A DNA stretch of 63,579 nt, counting the filler, from Globobulimina sp. (lineage: Eukaryota): assembly GCA_003354225.1 (NCBI GenBank). It is 36 parts of 36 records of this genome, joined end to end, with 100 filler letters (N's around TTAATTAATTAA, not from the genome) between each part and the next. Parts side by side here need not be neighbours in the genome. Positions count along the whole stretch, not along the records: positions 58,376 to 60,043 come from PIVH01013383.1; positions 60,144 to 61,811 come from PIVH01013384.1; positions 61,912 to 63,579 come from PIVH01013385.1; 33 more parts are not named here. One strand, 5' to 3'. The notes beneath the pieces are model-generated. The model saw nothing but the letters and a program-made list of their open reading frames with translations. It was not told the origin of the DNA and searched no databases. The position numbers and the translations under genes were made by a program. Positions 58,376-63,579 of the stretch are shown here, piece after piece. Each line of letters opens with the position of its first letter. Positions within the stretch are counted from its first letter, which is position 1.

Positions 58376-58771
58376 AGTCATACCGTATCTGACCATGGTT
58401 TAGCAACATCTATGCATTCCATTGCCGGCTATATTACCATTGTATTATGTGTCTGTACGTATGTAATGGGTTTTTATTTATATATTATGAAATTTGGTGA
58501 GAGTTTAAGAGGTGAATTAAAAGCATTGCATAAAAGATTAGGATTAATGTCATTGTTCATGGGATTTGCCTCTATAATGATGGGAATGACGGAAAGGGTT
58601 TTAAGTTTAAGTGGAAGTGGAAGTTCATTGGTTTTGTTATTTGTCGGTTATGCCGGTGTTGGTTGTACCTGTGTTGGTTGTAGCTGTGTCATAAAGTTTG
58701 TGAATAAAAAACATAGTGAGTTCAAATATGCAATAATAGAGGATATTGATACCATTAAATTACAGCTATAG
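58376..58771 (+). CDS. Cytochrome b561-family protein, C-terminal part
   Basis: SMHSIAG and LHKRLG haem-ligand His motifs, GMTE, TM helices. Confidence 0.75.
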   Translation, partial: SHTVSDHGLATSMHSIAGYITIVLCVCTYVMGFYLYIMKFGESLRGELKALHKRLGLMSLFMGFASIMMGMTERVLSLSGSGSSLVLLFVGYAGVGCTCVGCSCVIKFVNKKHSEFKYAIIEDIDTIKLQL

Positions 58772-59262
58772 CCAACAATGCCTAACATATGATGTGTATT
58801 ATTATATTTCTAATATGTATTTTTTGTCTTTTTGTTTTTTTTTTCGAGAAAAACTACAAAACAAGTTGTATAAATTAAATTAAATTCTTATCTTCACACA
58901 AAGATAAAGCTATCGATCACAACGATTTCTAAGGCATAAACCTTAAGAAATAGGTCAAAAGATAACAGGCAAAAGAATCCTCTAAAGCCTGAGATCTATC
59001 TTGCACGCAAAAGAAAATAAAACAATCTACACAACCTATAACCTCATATAGAAACATAAAGAACAATAAAAATAACAAAACTTAAAAAAAGAGGTTTTTC
59101 AAAATATAGATATTCAAAAAGATACACTTTGGTGACTTACTCACTTCTGCGCATAAGGGCATCATAAGAAAAATAAAAAGGGTATATAGACAAAGTCAAA
59201 ATGGGTAAACAAAGTCGGCGATAATCATATGAGGGCATCAAAAACGATAAATAACAAATTAT

Positions 59263-60043
59263 TCATTTCATCCGCAGTCTTCCTGTATTATTAACAAAAG
59301 AAACTATTGCCATCAATATCATCTTCCGGTGTCTCCATCGCAAATCTCGTGGTGGAAACAAAATCGTTTTCAATTCAATTGGTATTTTGCACATTATATA
59401 TAACATCGTAATCGCTAAGAAAAAACGCTTCCGTTGGACATGATAATATGGACAAGATAGCAAAAAATGTTCAACATCTTCAATGTGGCCACAATGCATA
59501 CAACGTCCACTATGATTGCCCGCGCAGCACGGAAGCGTACATGTAATGTATTGAATATGTGTATGATTAATGCGATTCTGACGATTATAATAACCTCGAT
59601 GCTCTCGTATGTGGTAATACAAATTTAGCGGGACATGGCCCGAACGCAACTGCAATAATATACGAGACACATATTGTGGAAGCCGAAGCTCCTGAAATGT
59701 GTTCAAATGTATCAATATATAACGACGCCATTTATATATATTATGAGACAACAAATGATTATCACGTAATGTATCAATATTATAATGCGTTTTCATCGTT
59801 GTTATAGAATTATTAATCAATTTCTTAGCAATTTTCTCTGATATTGGCAGATTATTACAGCGATGTTTATTTTGACCGCAAATAATCGCTGCCTGCTTAG
59901 CCAAAATATCCGCAACACGAATTCCATATGATTTGTGTCTCTTTTACATTTTTGAAATTTAACAGACAAATTATATTTGGCATACAATGTATTAAAACAC
60001 GAATAAATCTGTTTGATATAACTAATAATTATATGATCATAGG
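59263..60043 (-). mobile_element. 3' end of a non-LTR retrotransposon ORF2 (degenerate RNase H + CCHC zinc knuckle)
   Basis: ..H..YGIRVADILAKQAA, LLQLRSGH..LN, CMHCGHIEDVEHFLLSCPYY. Confidence 0.82.
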
Positions 60044-60143
60044 NNNNNNNNNNNNNNNNNNNNNNNNNNNNNNNNNNNNNNNNNNNNTTAATTAATTAAN
60101 NNNNNNNNNNNNNNNNNNNNNNNNNNNNNNNNNNNNNNNNNNN

Positions 60144-60755
60144 ATGTCCATATTAATGAATATCCCATCATTTGCAATCAGATTAAATGGACCAAACTCA
60201 ACCAGCAAATATAAAGAAATAGCGATGAGATTTACTGATGAAAAAAAAGGAATGATTATTAAATTAAATAATAAATCATATCTTGGTAAAAAAGAAGTTT
60301 TTTTCGACTGTAGCTGGCTAAGTTGTTTCCCGGAGGAGGCAGAACGTTTAATATTTGGTGGAAGATATCGATTAGAGATTGAAACCATAATTGTTATGCA
60401 AACAAAAAATAATTATAAATTACATATGCGTGCATATTATTTATTTGATGCCATGATTACCGGACAAGCACTTAATAATATTGGTAGTATAAGTAATATC
60501 GATGCGGATATTATTGATTTATCCATTAAAAATTATTTAGAAAAAAGTAATAATGATTTTGATAAATATATAAATGACACATTTTATCTATATGCAATCA
60601 AGAAAGCACAAATTGTTTTAGGTTTATCGCAAATATCCAGGACACTGATGAAAGTTTCAGCCGATTCTGAGATGTTCCAACAGATAATTTGCAAAAACCG
60701 CTTGGTAGGAAAATCTTATATGTTTACTACTCTTGCTTGTGAAGAAGACATGTAA
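60144..60755 (+). CDS. Hypothetical protein with an ADP-ribosyltransferase-like (STS / ExE) domain, 5' truncated
   Basis: GPNSTS..IAMRF..G.II.L..FFDCSWLSCFPEEAERLIFGG. Confidence 0.55.
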   Translation: MSILMNIPSFAIRLNGPNSTSKYKEIAMRFTDEKKGMIIKLNNKSYLGKKEVFFDCSWLSCFPEEAERLIFGGRYRLEIETIIVMQTKNNYKLHMRAYYLFDAMITGQALNNIGSISNIDADIIDLSIKNYLEKSNNDFDKYINDTFYLYAIKKAQIVLGLSQISRTLMKVSADSEMFQQIICKNRLVGKSYMFTTLACEEDM

Positions 60756-61049
60756 ATTACAGTTTTCACAGTGCAAACGTTTTTTGAATGCGCAAGCTAA
60801 TTTTCGCAGTTTTCGGACCTTGACACAAGCTATGTCAATTCCAAATGCCTAAATAAAAAGGAAGATAAATCCTGGCGGTCTACAGCCCGTTTTTCCATTT
60901 TAATGTGCCCAGGAACTAATATGGAAAAAGCATACAAAAGAATCAAAGTATTATTAAGTCCGACTCGAAACATAAATAATAATTACAAATTTAAAATGCA
61001 AGGTATTAAAGCGCATATATGGATGCAAAACACTAGAAAAATGACATTG

Positions 61050-61547
61050 TTATTTTTTCTTGACAATCTTCAATAAATTATACAAAGACCACGTTCCAAA
61101 CAAAACAATCGTAGTCCATATCACATTCCGTTTTCCACGGTCTGTATCCAAATCAAAATATTTATCATCTGTTGAGTCATTCGTAACTTCCTCGTTATTG
61201 TCAATTGACTGAACATTATTTTCACTTTGTATTTTTGGTTTCCACCAATATATATAACCAAAAACGCCGGCCATCAATAACAAATACTTACTTTCTTTCA
61301 AACGGTACTGCAGAATATCCTGATGTATTTGTTTTGAGCCTCTTGGTTCGCGTGGGGGGAATTCTCCAGATTTGGATACAGTAGGCCTAGGAGTGGGTTT
61401 ATTGGGTTTATTGCTCTCAAATCTTTTGAGCGTGCACGGAATACTTGGATGCAAATTATAACGGCAACCCATCGTTTTAAATGTGTTGGGATAGAGTTGA
61501 TTAAATCGCTTCAATGAAATACGGAATAATGTTTTTGGTGTTGCCAT
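61050..61547 (-). CDS. Small two-TM protein with a probable mitochondrial presequence
   Basis: Basic, acid-free N-terminus; two hydrophobic segments; complete ORF. Confidence 0.6.
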   Translation of the reverse strand: MATPKTLFRISLKRFNQLYPNTFKTMGCRYNLHPSIPCTLKRFESNKPNKPTPRPTVSKSGEFPPREPRGSKQIHQDILQYRLKESKYLLLMAGVFGYIYWWKPKIQSENNVQSIDNNEEVTNDSTDDKYFDLDTDRGKRNVIWTTIVLFGTWSLYNLLKIVKKK

Positions 61548-61927
61548 TCTTTGTTACTCTCAGTCTCTACACTATAAATGAAATCTGCAGACTGGAGGGG
61601 CACAAACAGTATTTATAGATGCAAATAACCTCTGATTTTCCATTTATCACTTTCAGAACGTATGGACATATTAAGAATGATAAATTTAAATCATTGGTAA
61701 TGCATTCAGTAAAAGGACAATCTATTTCAGATATTGATGATAATAATAATAATAATATTAATCTATTTAAACCATTATTATTTGAATTATTTCCAAATAT
61801 GAATGAAATAANNNNNNNNNNNNNNNNNNNNNNNNNNNNNNNNNNNNNNNNNNNNTTAATTAATTAANNNNNNNNNNNNNNNNNNNNNNNNNNNNNNNNN
61901 NNNNNNNNNNNAATAATAAGGTCTGAA

Positions 61928-63579
61928 TCAAATATACATATGTCCGTTGTCATCGCCGTACGGGTCGGCATCATACGGCACCACCGGGGCATGAATGTCC
62001 TTAGGGTCCGACTTAAACATCATCCGTTCGTGCTGCGCTCTGTATTGACTCAGCCGTTTCTTATAATATTGGTCCACATGCACCTTATACTCCGTCTGTA
62101 AGATGTCCACAAAGTAATGGTCCAATGACAAGTAATGCAAATGCTTGAACTCACTGATACTGAACGCGTGGATATTGCTGCACGCGTCGGATATATACAG
62201 CACACCGTCATAGCTCACCATATTCAAGATCGCCTTGTTATAAATCGCGTCGTTGTCGGGGATCAACACCATTTTCCGTCGGGCTTTCTTGTGATGTAAC
62301 TGCCGCTCTTTCAACTTCAATAACTCGCGTTGCTCATACAGCCGGTGATGGATATTATGGGTCATTTCCTTTTTGTTTTTATGGAAGCTCTCGTGGTGAA
62401 TGCAGGGGTAATGGGAGCTATGGCAGGAATTGTGAATGTTGCTGACGTTGTTATAGATGTTAGGGTTGGGCAGAATTACCGTTGCCTCTATTTTTTGGTT
62501 ATGGATGATCTTAAAACGATGGAGATTGCCCATCAGAGTGCCTACGAATAGCTGTTGATGCTCGACGTCGTAGTACAAACTCGTCGGCACTTCGCTTAAA
62601 AAGATGCAGTCCAACTCGCGGTTCACTTGTTTCATGCGCTTGAGTTTGTGCGTAGAGTTCTTGTTGAGTTTGAGCAGTTTTTCGGTGTTGGATTGTAAGT
62701 GTAAGTCGTGTTGGGCCGAGGGCAAATCGTCCACGCCGCCATAATAGGAATAATAGTCATCCATAGTCTGCTTCGGCTCGCTGTCCTCATGCAAGGCTTT
62801 CTTGGTTGTGGCGCTTTGTGTGCTGCTGTTCCAGCGGTAGAAGTTCTTATTGTCATCGCGGCGCTCTTCCAACCACCACGAAAAATTGCCAGAGGCCGCG
62901 GCGGAGGTGTTCATGGCAGTGGTGTCATAGTACCAGATCTGTGTGTTTGTATATATTTATATTATATACGCAAAATCGCAAGTTTTTGAGCGGTTTGTAC
63001 CTGAATACAGCCGCCCCATTCATTGGGCGCAGGTAGCATGGAGGAGGAGGGGATATTGGTTAAGTCGCAACTAATTCGACCGGATAATGGCGAGTTGGGT
63101 TGTTGTAGCAGTGGGTTGGCGGTGTGATGTCCGTTGTTTATGTTCATATTCATGCCGATTAAGGGTGCGGAGTGGTGGTCTTCTTTGGAGGTGTGGTAGG
63201 CATTGACATTGTGGGTGTTGTTGGCGTTGCTTTTGGTTTTGTGTTTAGTGGGTCGGGGTGGATTGGCCTGGTTTATGCGGTGTTGGATAGTCAATATTTT
63301 CTCGGCTGAACAGAATGCAATTTCAGGGTGGCAGCCTGCAATGGATATGAAGACGTTGTGGGACAATTTGATCATATTGAAGTTGCTCAAACGGATGCCG
63401 TGCTGCGATTTATTTTGTACAAACTTTAAAAAAGGACGGATTGGAATGGATGAAGGGAAGAATGAGTCTAAGCGTAAGAAATTGCGGTAGGTTTGCGATT
63501 GGATTAAGAATGGAATTTCATGGATTCCATTCAAGACTTGTTGTAAATGATAATGTCGGCGTTTAACAAATGAATCGTT
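61928..63579 (-). CDS. Divergent beta-propeller (WD40-like) protein fragment; intron 62939-63000
   Basis: Splicing gives EWGGCIQ|IWYYD in frame; LFVGTLMGNLHRF and LYISDACSNIHAF strands. Confidence 0.55.

Overview
This window is not one locus. It is a pseudo-scaffold of 36 unrelated contigs (1,670, 1,669 then 1,668 bp, sorted by length) joined by 100-bp spacers (N44-TTAATTAATTAA-N44), so synteny across spacers is meaningless and most genes are truncated. Most contigs come from an AT-rich, gene-dense microbial eukaryote with the standard code and short GT-AG introns of about 54-150 bp. The gene content resembles a foraminiferan or other rhizarian single-cell assembly (inference). Recognisable genes include a mitochondrion-targeted AdhE-type aldehyde dehydrogenase, a CaMK-like kinase, a RasGEF, a DHHC acyltransferase, cystathionine beta-synthase, cyclophilin, a NIPA transporter, two HAD phosphatases, RPB10, an XRN-like protein, a CAP-Gly protein, an RBR ligase, IFT81, a USP, PP2C, a dsRBD protein, GH65 and cytochrome b561. 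Two contigs are bacterial, one carrying a complete ISAzo13 element. One contig looks giant-virus-like, and there are LINE fragments and several MITE/foldback elements. The most unusual signals are: a FYVE finger nested inside the IBR domain of an RBR E3 ligase; a probably dead XRN paralogue; a 55-nt anticodon-less tRNA-like sequence inside a TIR-bounded element; a 1,551-bp terminally redundant unit with a 400-bp palindrome; ankyrin-mu-adaptin and ZnF-PUB-RasGEF fusions; and an ADP-ribosyltransferase-like domain. All domain calls are by-eye motif recognition; no searches were run.
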